From the NCBI GenBank assembly GCA_964016885.1, contig OZ024741.1, positions 74,958,001-75,022,000 on the forward strand: a DNA stretch of 64,000 nucleotides, given 5' to 3'. Shown piece by piece: positions 13,309-26,159 of this stretch. Source of the DNA: Eledone cirrhosa. Taxonomy: Eukaryota. Numbering within the stretch: the stretch's first letter is position 1; each line of letters starts with the position of its first letter. Under the pieces are notes generated by a model. That model saw nothing but the letters and a program-made list of their open reading frames with translations, ran no database searches and was not told the origin of the DNA. Position numbers and translations under genes: made by a program.

Positions 13309-13466
13309 TTGTTTCTACTTTTAACACAAGGCAGCAATTACCCAGTACATAACTAGTTCTTTATTTTATCGACCCCGAAAGGAGAAAAGGCAAAGTAAAC
13401 CTCGACGGGATTTGAACGTAACTATGCTGGAAAGCATGGCGTCCGACCCTCTACCGATACTGCCAA
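13309..13466 (-). mobile_element. SINE family A, degenerate copy
   Basis: ttattttatcgaccccgaaagg..aaggcaaag..gggatttgaac..ctctaccgatactgccaa. Confidence 0.8.
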
Positions 13467-13833
13467 TAATAATATACGAAATAATGACGTTAATAGTTAT
13501 TGTATGCTATTGAATATTAATAACTCTTTATTGTACCAGGTTAATACATATAATAGAATTCTAAATACTAATAATCTGGTAACCAATTGTAATTGTAGGG
13601 TCCCTGATTCGTGCCTTAGAAGTAATGTAGTATATAGGTATGAGGTATTGACTTGTAATAAATCATTTAATTAGAGCAACAGTTAATGAATTAAAAACGA
13701 GGTTCTATGCGCATCTCTTTTTAGATTGAAAAATTCAAAAAAATTCTACCTCTTCAGCTAGACTAATCTGGACTTTAAAAGAGGATAACATTCAATACTC
13801 TGTTAAACGGAACATTATTAAGTCAGCAAAAAT

Positions 13834-14017
13834 GGCGGCGATTTGGCAGTATCGGTAGAGGGTTGGACGTTATGCTTTCTAGCATAGTTACGTCCTATTA
13901 CGGTCTGAGTTCAAATCCCGTCGAGGTTAACTTTGCCTTTCATCCTTACGGGGTCGATAAAATAAAGTACTAGTAATGTACTGGGTAATTGCTGGCCTTG
14001 TGCCAAAAGTAGAAACA
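13834..14017 (+). mobile_element. SINE family A, full length, with ~18-bp TSD
   Basis: A box tggcagtatcgg, B box gagttcaaatccc, Meta-like core. TSD attattaagtcagcaaaa (13814) / attattaattcatcaaaa (14018). Confidence 0.9.
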
Positions 14018-14590
14018 ATTATTAATTCATCAAAACCGTATGGCGGGGGAAGGAGTAAATATAATCTTTAATTGACTGAAGCATTTAAAATAATAACTTC
14101 TAAAATTAGTCTTATCAAATCTAGAAATGAGATAATCCTTTCTTGTCCACACAGAACCTTTTGATCTTTCTTTTGTAATATTCCTGAACGTGATTAATTA
14201 TATCTGTTTACATTCCAGTTAATTTTCTTGTTCTTAACGCATAGAATTGTCGTCTCCTAGATCCCTCACATCCTGCATCTAGACTAAAATATCTAATAAC
14301 ATTTATTTTGTTCCCCAACATAAACCTATGTATTTGAACTGAAATTATATTTCATAGTTTAATAAGTATATGTATGTGCATCTGCGTAGGTGTGTATCCG
14401 TGAATAAGTATAAGTAAGTGTGTAGGTACGTATATGTATATATAAGTGCACGTATGCGTGTATATGTATGTATATATATATATATATGCGTGTATATGGG
14501 TTTGTGTGTGTTTGTGTGTATTAGTTTATATATATACATGTATGTGGGTATAGATATATATGTATATACATAGATGGTAGTGAGTATATC

Positions 14591-14729
14591 TTCTGCTTCT
14601 TCTTCTTCTTCTTCTTCCTCCTCCTCGCCCATTTATTCCTGAGAGGGTCGTGGGGGCAGAGTCCTCAAACATTTCATCCAGTGGGTCCTGTCAGAAGCAA
14701 CCGTCTCCAACTGATCCGGCTGAATCCCC
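14591..14729 (-). mobile_element. RTE-like LINE 3' end with (GAA)n tail
   Basis: Minus strand translates GIQPDQLETVASDRTHW..CLRTL (RTE C-terminal A.DR..W motif), followed by (GAA)n. Confidence 0.55.
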
Positions 14730-14765
14730 TAAAATAAACTAAGGAGGAATTTTCCATTCATCCAG

Positions 14766-14863
<98 letters not shown>

Positions 14864-14978
14864 ACGGCTTCTACAGGACTAGAACTGTGGATACCCCCGA
14901 TTGAACCCGGGACTCACATATATATAATTTTGAATTTGAAACGCTCTGCTACCTGAACCGCCCTTAACAACAGTATTC

Positions 14979-15042
<64 letters not shown>

Positions 15043-15056
15043 ATGTGTGTGTGTGG

Positions 15057-15112
<56 letters not shown>

Positions 15113-15189
15113 TGTGTGTGTGTACTGTTAGTTTTTACTTCGATATTTGACCTGTACTAGATTACATGTACTAGACACATGAATCTGGT

Positions 15190-16500
15190 AAAAAATCTAT
15201 TAATAATAGAACACAAATCCTCCATTTGCATTAGCCCAACCCTAAGTACCTGATCTACCAAAACTCAGCCATTTCGAATAACATGAAAGTGAACATACTA
15301 ATTGTGGGTTTAATAAGAGTGATAAGGAATTTGTCCCGCATGTGCAATCCTAAAGAATTAGAGAGACACATACAACACTTCATGCACCGCTTGCAGTTCT
15401 CTGGCTACAATGAAAGAGACAAGATCAGGGTATACAAAGAAGCCAGGACCAAATGGGCAAAGATTGTAGAAAATTATGCAAATGGGATTTGCCCCATTCG
15501 CATAATTAAGAAAAAGACCAATAAAACAACTCATGGTTTGATAGAAATAAATACCAGAGTGTAATGTTCGTCAATGCAACTCCCAGAGGCAAACTAGCTT
15601 ACAGATTTAGAAGGCGTCTAGACAAACAAAAATTAAATATTAAGATAGTTGAAAGACCAGGTATTCCCATAAAAGCCCTAATTAGTAGAACATATCCGTT
15701 AAAAAATACCCTACACTGATAAGAAATGCATATCCTGCAAATTAGGCCCACAAACTAACTGCAAAACTAGGAACGTAGTATATAGCATAAGATTTACTGA
15801 GAGACAGTGTAGGAATAAGAACACAACTTACATCGATTAGACTGACTGTAGCATAAGAGAAAGGATAAATGAGTACTGGCGAGAACTCCAGGATGGGAAA
15901 AATCCATCAGTACTCCACCAACATGCTAAAATGGAACATGGGGTCACACTAGAGAACATAAAGATAAAAATTACATCCACTCACAGAAAGGACGCAATGT
16001 TCAGACAAATAACAGAGGCGACAAACATAAATGAACTCCAACAAAAATTAAACAGAGAACATGAGTGGAATAGCAACATCACAACTAGTAATTAAGGACA
16101 AAATGAAGACATACAGAGACACACAAAAACCAAACTAATAAAATCAACCAGACACACACAGATAGAACAAACAAGCATCTAGTGACAAGTACATAAACAC
16201 ATAAATGAATAAATAAACACACGCACACCCGATATAACGCATGCGCAAACCAAGTACATAGCACACAAAAACAAGATGGTGTAGGACAGAACAAAGGAGG
16301 GACACAAAATAAGAAATCAATCACTGAGGAGGTCACAGAATGTTATTGAACAAAAAAAAAACGGATATTTATAATATATTGAAGTGAAAACCAACAGGTG
16401 CGTGTGTTTTTATTGGCAGCGTGACCCTCCCAAAGTATAACAATATCTGTTTCAACACACGTTTTCAGAAATCTTGCAAAACAGATTAAAAAACGAAGTA
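15190..16500 (+). mobile_element. Degenerate Penelope-like element 3' half (thumb + GIY-YIG; resembles Naiad-type)
   Basis: LQFSGY, FVNATPRGKLA, IVERPG, CISC..NCKTRNVVYSI..TYID, LHQHAKMEH, RQITEA, LNREHEW; several stops and frameshifts. Confidence 0.75.
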
Positions 16501-16590
16501 TATATGTGTATATAAATGAATATATAAATATGTACATATGTGTATGTATATATGTATGTATACATGTATATCTCTATGTACCTATATTTG

Positions 16591-16674
<84 letters not shown>

Positions 16675-16679
<5 letters not shown>

Positions 16680-17215
16680 ATAGGGAGAAAAAGACGATTA
16701 TTAGGAAGAAAAATATTTTTTTTTCCCTTTTATTTTTTCTCTTTTTTCTGGGTTAGAAAATGTTTAAAACAAAATATTTTACTTTGTGTGAAGTGTTAAG
16801 GTATTAGTTAATTTATTTATTAATTAACAATGGCATTTATTTATTTATATATTTAATAATTGTCTATTACCGGTTTCAGCATTTTATGCACTATCAAAGG
16901 GGGGAATATGTATTGGTGTAGAATGGTGGTGTTGGACATGTTAAGGAAATGGTGAAGAAAGAATAATGTTATTTACAAACAAGGTTTTGAAGTGAAAAGA
17001 AAAAAAAAAAGGGGGTGGGGGTAATGTGGAACATGATAAGGTAATAGGAAAGAAAAAATAATATTATTTACAGGCATAGTTCTTGAAGATAAGCAGTTCA
17101 AAATGTGTTATTATAGCAAGAGTGCTTAGGTGATCCATGATGGAGGCAAATGGTAGTCTGGGGTTTGATATGATTACCCAAGCCAAAACCAACATGGGAA
17201 AACAACAACACACAG
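16675..17215 (-). mobile_element. Unclassified interspersed repeat (family U1), copy 1
   Basis: Closely similar to 34631-35140; begins at a (TA)n; minus-strand ORF end FASIMDHLSTLAIITHFELLIFKNYACK*. Confidence 0.7.
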
Positions 17216-19660
17216 GGTCACTGCCCAGGATTATGCTGAGGCTGCACGTACTGCCTCGATTAAACCTTTTTTTTAAATAGCAGAAAATATTGTAAGACAG
17301 CTGACGTGGCTTCATCAAATACAAGGCCAAAGTCAGTTACATCAACACTCGCGACCATCACAAATAAAGTATCCAGGGTGGCTACCACTGATATCCACAC
17401 AAATTCCATATCAGCAGCCACCCCAGACACCCCAAATGTCACACCAGTGCTACTACTAAATGACAGAGGCCTGGTAAAATGGACCAACATGTGTAAGATT
17501 CCCTACATAAGAAACCTAGCCACAAGCAATATGTATGACACTAACTGAAACTCACCTGACAACTAGCATTGCAGATGCTGAAATACACATAACAAAGTAT
17601 GTTGTATTTCGTACTGACAGGAGGGAGAGAACTCATGGTGGAGTTGTTTTGTACATCCGTGAAGATGTCACACCATTAGTATTGTCACATTCCAACTCGG
17701 TCTGTGACACGCTAATAGTACACTGAAAATGGTAATATGTGTCACATATCGACCACAAGATGCCCCCAGACATGAGGACAAGTTTGAAGATAGCCTCAGA
17801 AGAATTGAAGAGTCGCAACATCCTACTGCTGGGAAATTTCAACCTCCCCAAGTCTAAATGACCCGAAGGCCAGCCCCTCTCAGGAATTATGGCACCTTAA
17901 CAAAGGCAGGCAGAATCCTTGTTGGACCTTACAAACACACTCTTCATGGAACAAATGTTACTTCATCCAACAAGAAAGAGAATACACTGGATCTCTGCTT
18001 CATGAATAACACAATATAAAAGTGTACAAACAATTTTCTCAGATCATAACATAGTAGAACTGGGAATGTATATTCCGGGAAAGACTGTTACAGCCGACAG
18101 GAAGCACATGGTATCTATTTAGCTTAAATTTCCAGAAATCTATCTTGAAAAGGATTCAGGAGGAGCTCCTGAAGCAAAGCTAGACTGACAGTTCTCTATG
18201 GAAGATGTCAACATACAACTTACAGCTTGAGCAATTCATGGAAATAATACCAGACATATACTCTAAGTTTCACCCGGAAAGAAAGGCTAACAGACACACG
18301 GATATTATTCCTATAGACAGGAGACCCCTTATGAGAAGAAGAACGAAGATCTTAAACCGACTACATACACAAGTAAGGAACGAGACGAAATCCCATTTGA
18401 AGAAGGACTGATTCAAACTGAAAATGAACTTAAACTCTCCCATGAAAAAGAAAAGGCAGAAAAAGAAGCTAGGGCTACAGAAAACATAAAAATGAACCCC
18501 GAGGCCTTCATAAATTTGAAAAAGAGATCGCCTCGTTACATTACAGGATAGGGCCACTTTTCCATAAAAGTAGCTCACTGACTGCAAACCCCCAAGAGAT
18601 AAGTGAGGCACTGAATGAACAATACAGAATGTTTTCACACCTCCAATGAGTCACATGCAAATAAATAAACCAGATTAGTTCTTCAACACAACTGCATTAT
18701 ACAGAGAAATGGCAACCATTAACCACATAGATATAAATGTGAAAGATATCATCCATAGAGGAAATAAGTCCAAATTCAGCAGCTGGCCCTCATGATTACC
18801 CAGCAATCCTTCTAAAAACATGCAAGCGAACATTAGCAAAACCATTGCAGATCCTCTTTCAACGATCCCTTGCAAGTGATAAACTACCTGGAAAACTAAA
18901 AGAAGGAATAATATGTCCTAACCATAAACGAGGAAGCAGAGCAGATGCTAAAAACTAGAGACCTGTCTTCCTGACCTCACATATTAGCAAAGCCATGGCA
19001 CGAATCATCAGAAGGAAACTGATCAATTTTCTAGAAGAAAGTGATCTTCTAACTGACACCCAACATGGCTTTCGCTAGGGTAGAAGTTGTCTCACGCAGC
19101 TTTTACAGCATTATGACTGAATAATGTAGATGTGATATATCTCGACTTATATATCTCGACTTTGCGAAGGCGTTCGACAAGGTTGATCATGGAATGATAT
19201 GTCACAAACAAAGTAGCTTTCGAATAGCTGTAAAACTAGGTGAATGGCTTTATCACTTCTTAAAATAAAGAAACCAGACTGTTGCAACCAACGGAGCCCT
19301 CTCAAAGCAAACATCAATAACAAGCGGAGAAACTACGTGGTAACAGGCATGTCCTCTGTAACACCGACAGCCTCCTTTACAAGCTAGGCTGATGACACGA
19401 AAGTAGCACAGGCAATCACGAAACCGGCTGATGCTACTCTGAGAGATCTACATGGTGTGCAAGTAGATGTTTTCAAAAGACATCGCGACATTCTAATGAC
19501 CAAGATCCCGGATGAACCAGCAGGAGGCGAAGCTCAAATAAGAGTAGCAACAGCAAACTCTCTTTTGCATCAATGGCCAACCAAGGAAGGCTGGTTATAG
19601 AAAGTGTAGCTTCGGTGGTGGTGCCCCAGGAAGGCCACAGCCTCTTGTCTGGAACACGTA
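17216..19660 (+). mobile_element. Degenerate CR1-like LINE (APE + RT + C-terminus)
   Basis: LTETHL, FRTDR..GGVVLYIR, TLDL, FSDHN. RT: RPVFLTSHISK, QHGFR, YLDFAKAFDKVDH, ADDTK. C-terminal KIPDEP..NSLLHQ. Many stops and deletions. Confidence 0.85.
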
Positions 19661-19729
19661 ATAGAGTAATATATATATTAGTATATGTATATTTACTTGT
19701 ATGTATATATGTTCGTATATGTATATGTA

Positions 19730-20122
19730 TATTCCTTTCCCTGTTCTAGGCCCCGCTGCAACACCTGTCCCCACATCACCAACACCACCACCTTCCAGGG
19801 TCCCAACGGCCACTCTCTCTCTCTGTCCGGCATGCCTTCCGCTGCACCTCCTCCACCTAGTCTACGGACTTACGTCGGACAGACGGGACGTCGCCTGGCG
19901 GACCGATTCACTGAGCACCTCCGGCATATTCGGCTCGGTGGTAGTTCCCCCATCGCCCGCTACTTTGGTGCCCCTGGACATTCCGCACGCCATCTCACAG
20001 TCTGTGGCCTACTCCAATGCCACGGAACACCCGCCAATCTCCTCAGAGTTGAACAAAGAACCATCTTCATCTTACAGACCCACACTCCCCCCGGCCTGAA
20101 CTCCCCACCCTTATTCCTTTAG
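19730..20122 (+). mobile_element. PLE GIY-YIG endonuclease fragment (Neptune/Poseidon-like)
   Basis: CSRPRCNTCPHI, YVGQTGRRLADRFTEHLRHI, EQRTIFILQTHTPPGLN. Confidence 0.85.
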
Positions 20123-21420
20123 CCTTCGACCGCCCCCCTCCCCCCACACATATCCTCCACTAACACCACTAACACACCTCTCCTTTTCACCGCCCACCCC
20201 ACAACTAACAATACTAACACCTCCACTCCACCCCTCATCCGACCACCCTTCCCCAACTAACATACTAACATCCCTCCCTTCTTCTCCTCCCCCCTCCTTA
20301 TCACACGCACACACCCACCGGCACATATATACACGCGCTCACACTAAACACACACCCTACTACCACCACTAACCCTCACCCCCACACATCCATCCCACCA
20401 CCCCGCAACTAACATCACTAACACCCCCTGACCCCAAGCACACGAACACACGCACCCACTTACACCACCCACCCCACACGCAACTAACATCACTAACACC
20501 CCCAACCCCACGCACACGTACCCACACACCCTCGTACACCACCAACTCTACAGACCCTACCACCACTAACCCCCACTCACACCTGCATTCAACCCTTTCT
20601 CCACCTCCCGTATACTAACACCCACTAACACCCCCTTCATCAAACTACACACACACCAGTACACTACACTCCCTCCATCGACCCCCACACCCTTCTTTCC
20701 CCGCTCCACCCACACCCTTTCTCCACACTCACTCATCCCACTAACACCTCTACTAATACATACACACACCCTCCTCACTCCAACTTTCACACCTACCCAT
20801 CCTCGCCCCTTTACCATTCCACCCGACTGCTGCTATGCCCTCTGACCACCTCCCAGCACACACAGACACACAGCACTCCTACCCCCTTGACCACTTCCTG
20901 TTGCGCGCGCACCCCACATCTCTCCTCTTTCGACCATCTCTTCATGGAATACTCGTATGTGGAGCTTGACCGTGGAATCTACTACCACCATAGGAGTTTA
21001 CCAACATTTCAACCACATCCTCTTACGGAATCACCTATATAACTCACCCACACACACACACCCAAACAAATTTTTTTTCTCCCACACGCCACCTACGCCC
21101 ACAACACGCTTAAACCCCACACACACGTGCTTTCCACCACATATTTACACCTTCAGCCTCCGGATTCCTCTCCCCCACCCCTCTATCCACACACGCACAC
21201 ACACTCCGACCTACACCCCACCCCACACACACCTCTTCCTGAACATGCAACCCCGTTCTTCCCCCAACCCTTGCTTTCACATACACACACACACACACAC
21301 ACGTACACCTACACACACACACACCACCTTCAGCCCTCCCCTCTCGGACACCCCTTCTCCCTCTCCCCACCCGCCACCACCCCTACACGCCCCACATCCT
21401 TCCACCACCTGTTTTACCCC
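20123..21420 (+). repeat. C/A-rich low-complexity tract (G-rich on the minus strand)
   Basis: About 1.3 kb almost lacking G on the plus strand; recurring caactaacatcactaacacccc-like units. Confidence 0.85.
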
Positions 21421-21524
21421 TTTTTAATTTCATTTTATTTTGATCATGCTTTTATTTTTATTTCATTTCATTTTATTTTGATCATGCTTTATTTTTATTT
21501 TTATTTTTATTTTTAATTTCTATA

Positions 21525-22182
21525 TTCCAAGCTAGCATGGGTTAGACGGATTTATCCGATTTGAGGCAAGTTGTCCCGCTCATATAGGACTGTTTCTGGC
21601 TGGTTTTCTATGGCTGGTTGCCCTTCCTAACACCAACCACATTTACAATGTGTGCTGGGTGTTTTTGCCATGCCTCCTACATGACCACTTTACATTGTGT
21701 GCTGAGTGCTATTTGTTGTGACACATACTCAACCACAGTGTGGGCTGGATGATTTGTGATACCAACATAACTTTATAGAGTGGTGTGGGCGGAAGTAGAA
21801 GGGAAGTGTAGAGTGTGTGGGGGGGGGGGGGGGGGTATAGGGCGTGTATATTGGATTAAGAGGTGCCTACTGAGTGTAAGTTTAAATCTGTATGCAAGGG
21901 ATGGCGGGTCTTCTGTATTACTGCATAGCGCCTAAGTTCTCGATCTTGTGTCATTGTCTTAGTGATGTGCAAGGTCATCTTTTAGCACCTTGTCCCAATA
22001 CTTTCTGGGTCTTCCTACTCCGTAGCTTCCATCAATTTTGATCGCCCTGCACCTTTTTCTACAGCTGTCATTCTTCATACGTATTACATGACCATACCAA
22101 TGCAATCTCCTCTCTTGAATACTGCATCTGATCCCTCTCATGCCTAATTTCTCAGTTTAATTACACTTTGCCATTCATGTAA
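21525..22182 (-). mobile_element. RTE-like LINE 3' segment
   Basis: IQERRLHWYGHVIRM..GRPRKYW..DL..QDRELRR; 3' UTR gcaaccagccatagaaaacc..acccatgctagc. Confidence 0.85.
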
Positions 22183-23495
22183 CTGAAGAGACTTGTGGCA
22201 GGAGCAAAGCGCCAACCAGACAGAAGGTGACTTGCTGGTGGAACAGCATAGTAGATAGAGCCATTGAAGACAAAAGACAAGCATGGAAGGATTGGAAAAT
22301 GGGGGGAATAGAGACTGATACTCAGCCGCTAAAAGAGGGTCTAGACATCAGGTATACATAGCATGCAGGGAAGCTGAGAGTAGGAGGTTTGCCAATGTTC
22401 TGCGATGAGAGGATCAGATACGTGAGGTGTTCCGCATTGCAAGGCAGTGTGGCAGTGTAAATCAGGATGTCCTTGGAGATAAGTGTGTCCGAAATGATGC
22501 CGGTGCATTTAGCGTCACTGATGCTCAGAAAAAGAAGGCCTGGAAATATCATTATGAGAGACTGATGAATGTTGAGAACGAATGAGAGAAAGATAAACTA
22601 CCCCAGCAGACCCAACAGAGGGGCCAGCTATTGAGGTTGACGACTATAGGGTCAAAGAAGCAATTAAAGAAATGAAAAGTGGTAAGGCCGCTGGGCCGTC
22701 AGTGATAGTTGCTGAGATGTTGAAGGCATCAGAAGTAGGAACTAAACTAGTTACATGCATAGTCAATCAAGTTACATATGACGGAGTCTTACCCAAAGAC
22801 TGGTGCAGCAGTATACTTGTTCATTGTTACAAATGTAATGGGGATGCTCTGGAGAAGAGCAATTATTGGGACATAAAACTGATGGATCAGGTTATGAAGG
22901 TGGCAGAAAGAGTGCTAGCACAACTAATTAGAGAAAGAGTCAAATTAGATTAGATGCAGTTTGGTTTTGTGCCTGCGAAAAGTACAACAGATGCTTTCTT
23001 CTTAGTGAGACAACTATAAGAGAGGTTCTTAGAGAAGAATAAACCGCAATATTTAGTTTCTGTTGGCCTAGAGAAGGCCTTTGATAGAGTGCCCCGATTT
23101 GTCCTCTGGTGATCCCTAAGGAAATTAGGTGTAGAAGAATGGCTTGTGAGGACAGTGCAAGCTATGTACAGAGGAGCTGTTAGTACAGTGAGAGTAGGAA
23201 TGGAGTTTAGTGAGGAATTCCAAGTAGGTGTTCATCAGGGTTCGGTCCTCAGCCCAGTTTATTTATTATAACAGAAGAGTTTAAGCCATAACAGAAGAGT
23301 TTAAGACTGGTTTCTCATTGGGAACTTCTCTATGCTGACGATCTGGTACTTATAGCAGAATCAGTTGGGGAGCTAGAGAATAAATTTTGGCTGTGGAAAT
23401 AGCAGCTGGAATCAAAGGGACTGAGAGTGAACCTAGCAAAGACTAAAGTATTGATAAGTAGCAAAGATGACAAGACTCTGATTCCATCGTGGAAA
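22183..23495 (+). mobile_element. RTE-like LINE RT segment, inverted relative to the adjacent 3' segment
   Basis: MKSGKAAGPS, QFGFVP..STTDA, LEKAFDRVP, VGVHQGSVLSP, LLYADDLVL, VNLAKTK. Confidence 0.88.
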
Positions 23496-23913
23496 AGCAC
23501 ATGGTATTATTTAAAAGAAACCAATACACTTATTTTCCACCCGAAATGACATGAAAGGGTTCAGGTCAACTAGAAATAGCAGTCTAACTTCTCAACATAT
23601 TAAGCAGCTCAACTTTTCTCATCGCCTTCATTTCTGTATGCTAACGGGTGTAAGTTTAGATAGATTGATTTTCCTCACTGACGATCCAGAATCAATTATA
23701 TAACTTCACCGATATTTGGTGAAATGTATTCATATTTTTTATCAGGTATCTATATTTAAAATTTTGTTAAATTTTAATATGATACTGTAATGAGCTATGT
23801 ATTCTTACATTCTATACCTGTTGTCTCTTATTAAAGTTTGATATATTTTTTTATACGTTTATACCATTAGATATTTATGTGTATGTATATGTCATTTACT
23901 ATTTTATAATATA

Positions 23914-25023
23914 CTAGCAGTGGTACCCGGCTTTGCACGGGATAAGGTATTTTGGAATACGGGGCGCCAACAGACCTAATCGTGGAAAAACTGTATGCCT
24001 GGACAATATGTAAAGAAAATAAACCGAATACTATGACGGCTGGATAATCTTTAAGATTTTCCTCGATGAAGCAGGAAAAATGTAGGTTTTCACCTAGGGG
24101 ATCAAGAAAATGAATTTGTTTTATATGCATAATATGCCTTGAAATTTCGGGAAAATCGGCTAGACGTAATGCCTCAAAAAAGCCCTAAAAAGCTGAAAAA
24201 AATTAAGGTTTTCACCTAATGCGGGCCCTAGGCCATAAAAAGTTGGATTTTCTTTGCTCGCGGTATGAAGAAGAGACTGACTAATACATAGTTACAATTT
24301 CAAGGAAATCGGTTTGATGTAACGCCTCAAAAACCCCTAAAAAGCTGAAAAAAACGCAGGTTTTCACCTAAAAAGTTGAATTTTTTTATGTGCATAACAC
24401 TCCCTTAAACATAAGTAATACACATTAAAGTGTGTCTGTGAGTTTGAATCCCTAGAACTCGAGAAGTACCCAACCGATTCTTTTCAAACTTTACATGTGT
24501 ATTACTTATGTTTCAGGGAGTGTTATGCACATAAAATCAATTTTTTGATCCCCTAGAGCCCGCATTAGTTGAAAACCTGCGTTTTTTTCAGCTTTTTAGG
24601 TTTTTTTTGAGGCGTTACGACAGACCGATTTCCTTGAAATTGTAACTATGTATTAGTCAGTCTCTTCTTCATACCGCGAGCAAAGAAATCCAACTTTTTT
24701 ATGGCATTAGGTGAAAAACTTCATTTTTTCAGCTTTTTAGGGCTTTTTGGAGGCGCTACATCTAGCCGCTTTTCCAGAAATTTCAATGCATATTATGCAC
24801 ATAAAAAAATTCATTTTCTTGATCCCCTAGGGCCCGCATTAGGTGAAAACCTGTATTTTTCCTGCTTCATCGAGGAAAAATCTTAAAGATTACCCAGCCA
24901 TCTGAGTATTCGGTTTATTTTCTTTACATATTGTACATGCATGCAGTTTTTCTACGATTAGGTCTGTTGGCGGCCCGCGTTCCAAAATACCTTATCTCGG
25001 GCAACACCGGGTACCACTGCTAG
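23914..25023. mobile_element. Head-to-head inverted pair of non-autonomous Helitron-like copies (fold-back)
   Basis: Both outer ends are Helitron-type 3' termini (GC hairpin then CTAG-T). Arms ~23914-24425 and ~24494-25023 are inverted copies; the spacer resembles the 5' part of 53992-54890. Confidence 0.75.
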
Positions 25024-25034
25024 TAAATATATAT

Positions 25035-25330
25035 AAAGGGTAAAGACACCCTTCGGTCATGAATAACCATGGGATTTGCATCTAGAAAAAAAAAAGTTCC
25101 CCTCCGAGGCACAAGTCGCACATGCATACCAGTCTCCCCTATCCACGCTACCGATGTTGTCCCAGGGAAAGGCAAAGGCCGATATAGCTTGGCACTAGTG
25201 ATTTCATAACTCATTTCTACAGCTGAGAGAACTGAAGCAATATGAACTAAAGTGTCTTGCTTAAGAACACAATGCAAAGCCCTGTCTGAGAATCAAACTC
25301 ACAACCTCGCGATTGTAAGCCCAACGCCTT
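25035..25330 (-). mobile_element. tRNA-derived SINE (family B)
   Basis: B-box-like gagtttgattctc and gcaagacacttt core on the minus strand; second copy at ~59200-59525. Confidence 0.75.
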
Positions 25331-25365
25331 CACATATATATTATATATATATATATGTATATATG

Positions 25366-25441
<76 letters not shown>

Positions 25442-25445
<4 letters not shown>

Positions 25446-25472
25446 AGCAGCATGGGGAGCAGGGGTATATAT

Positions 25473-25534
<62 letters not shown>

Positions 25535-25563
25535 ATATACCCCTGCTCCCCATGCTGCTCTTT
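25442..25563. repeat. Near-perfect palindrome with unique outer arms and a microsatellite centre
   Basis: aaagagcagcatggggagcagggg-(TA/CA/TA/TG)-cccctgctccccatgctgctcttt. Confidence 0.9.
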
Positions 25564-26159
25564 CTCCTTCGTTCTCTATTAGCTTCCTGTTTTATAAGAC
25601 TCTAAATTCAGTCAAATCCAATTCATTTCATCTCAATCCATTGCCTGAATCAAAGAATGTAATAACCTTTAACTCTTTTAATCGTTCAAAGCCCGTTCAT
25701 ATTCAAAAACTCCCAAATGTCTTTCTTTTTTTCCTCACCTCAACTAGATCCCTATCACCAAGTGTATTCTATTTCATGTTTTCAATCACCAACAGCTTAC
25801 TGGGATATTATTGTATTCTATTTCATGTTTTCTATCAGTGAGTAGTTACGCGGCTTTCATTTCATGTTTTCTATCACCAAGTAGTTACATGGCTTCTATT
25901 TCATGTTTTCCTATTTATTCTATTTCTTGTCTCCTGTTTTTTTAAGTTCAGCTAAGATGCTAGTCAGTCGCATCACTCTTTTATCTCACCATTTCCTTCC
26001 CTCATACCCCCACACACCGCCTTAGTCTCATAGATCAATCAAACCACGATAAATCAAATATATCTTCACTCACTGTCTGTAGAAAGAACTTCCAACAATA
26101 ACTACTACCACTGCTCCAATTGCTACTATCTTTCCTATTTTTCTTGGATGTTTTTGTTT

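Noticed and set aside
14860-14965. tRNA gene on the minus strand
   Set aside because: Only decayed A/B-box-like pieces with an AT insertion and no cloverleaf; at best a SINE head. The same applies to the other SINE heads.
15700-15860. Selenocysteine recoding in the Naiad-like endonuclease
   Set aside because: No in-frame TGA at the expected Cys positions; the lesions look like ordinary decay.
20123-21420. Telomeric array
   Set aside because: No regular (CCCTAA)n; units are irregular.
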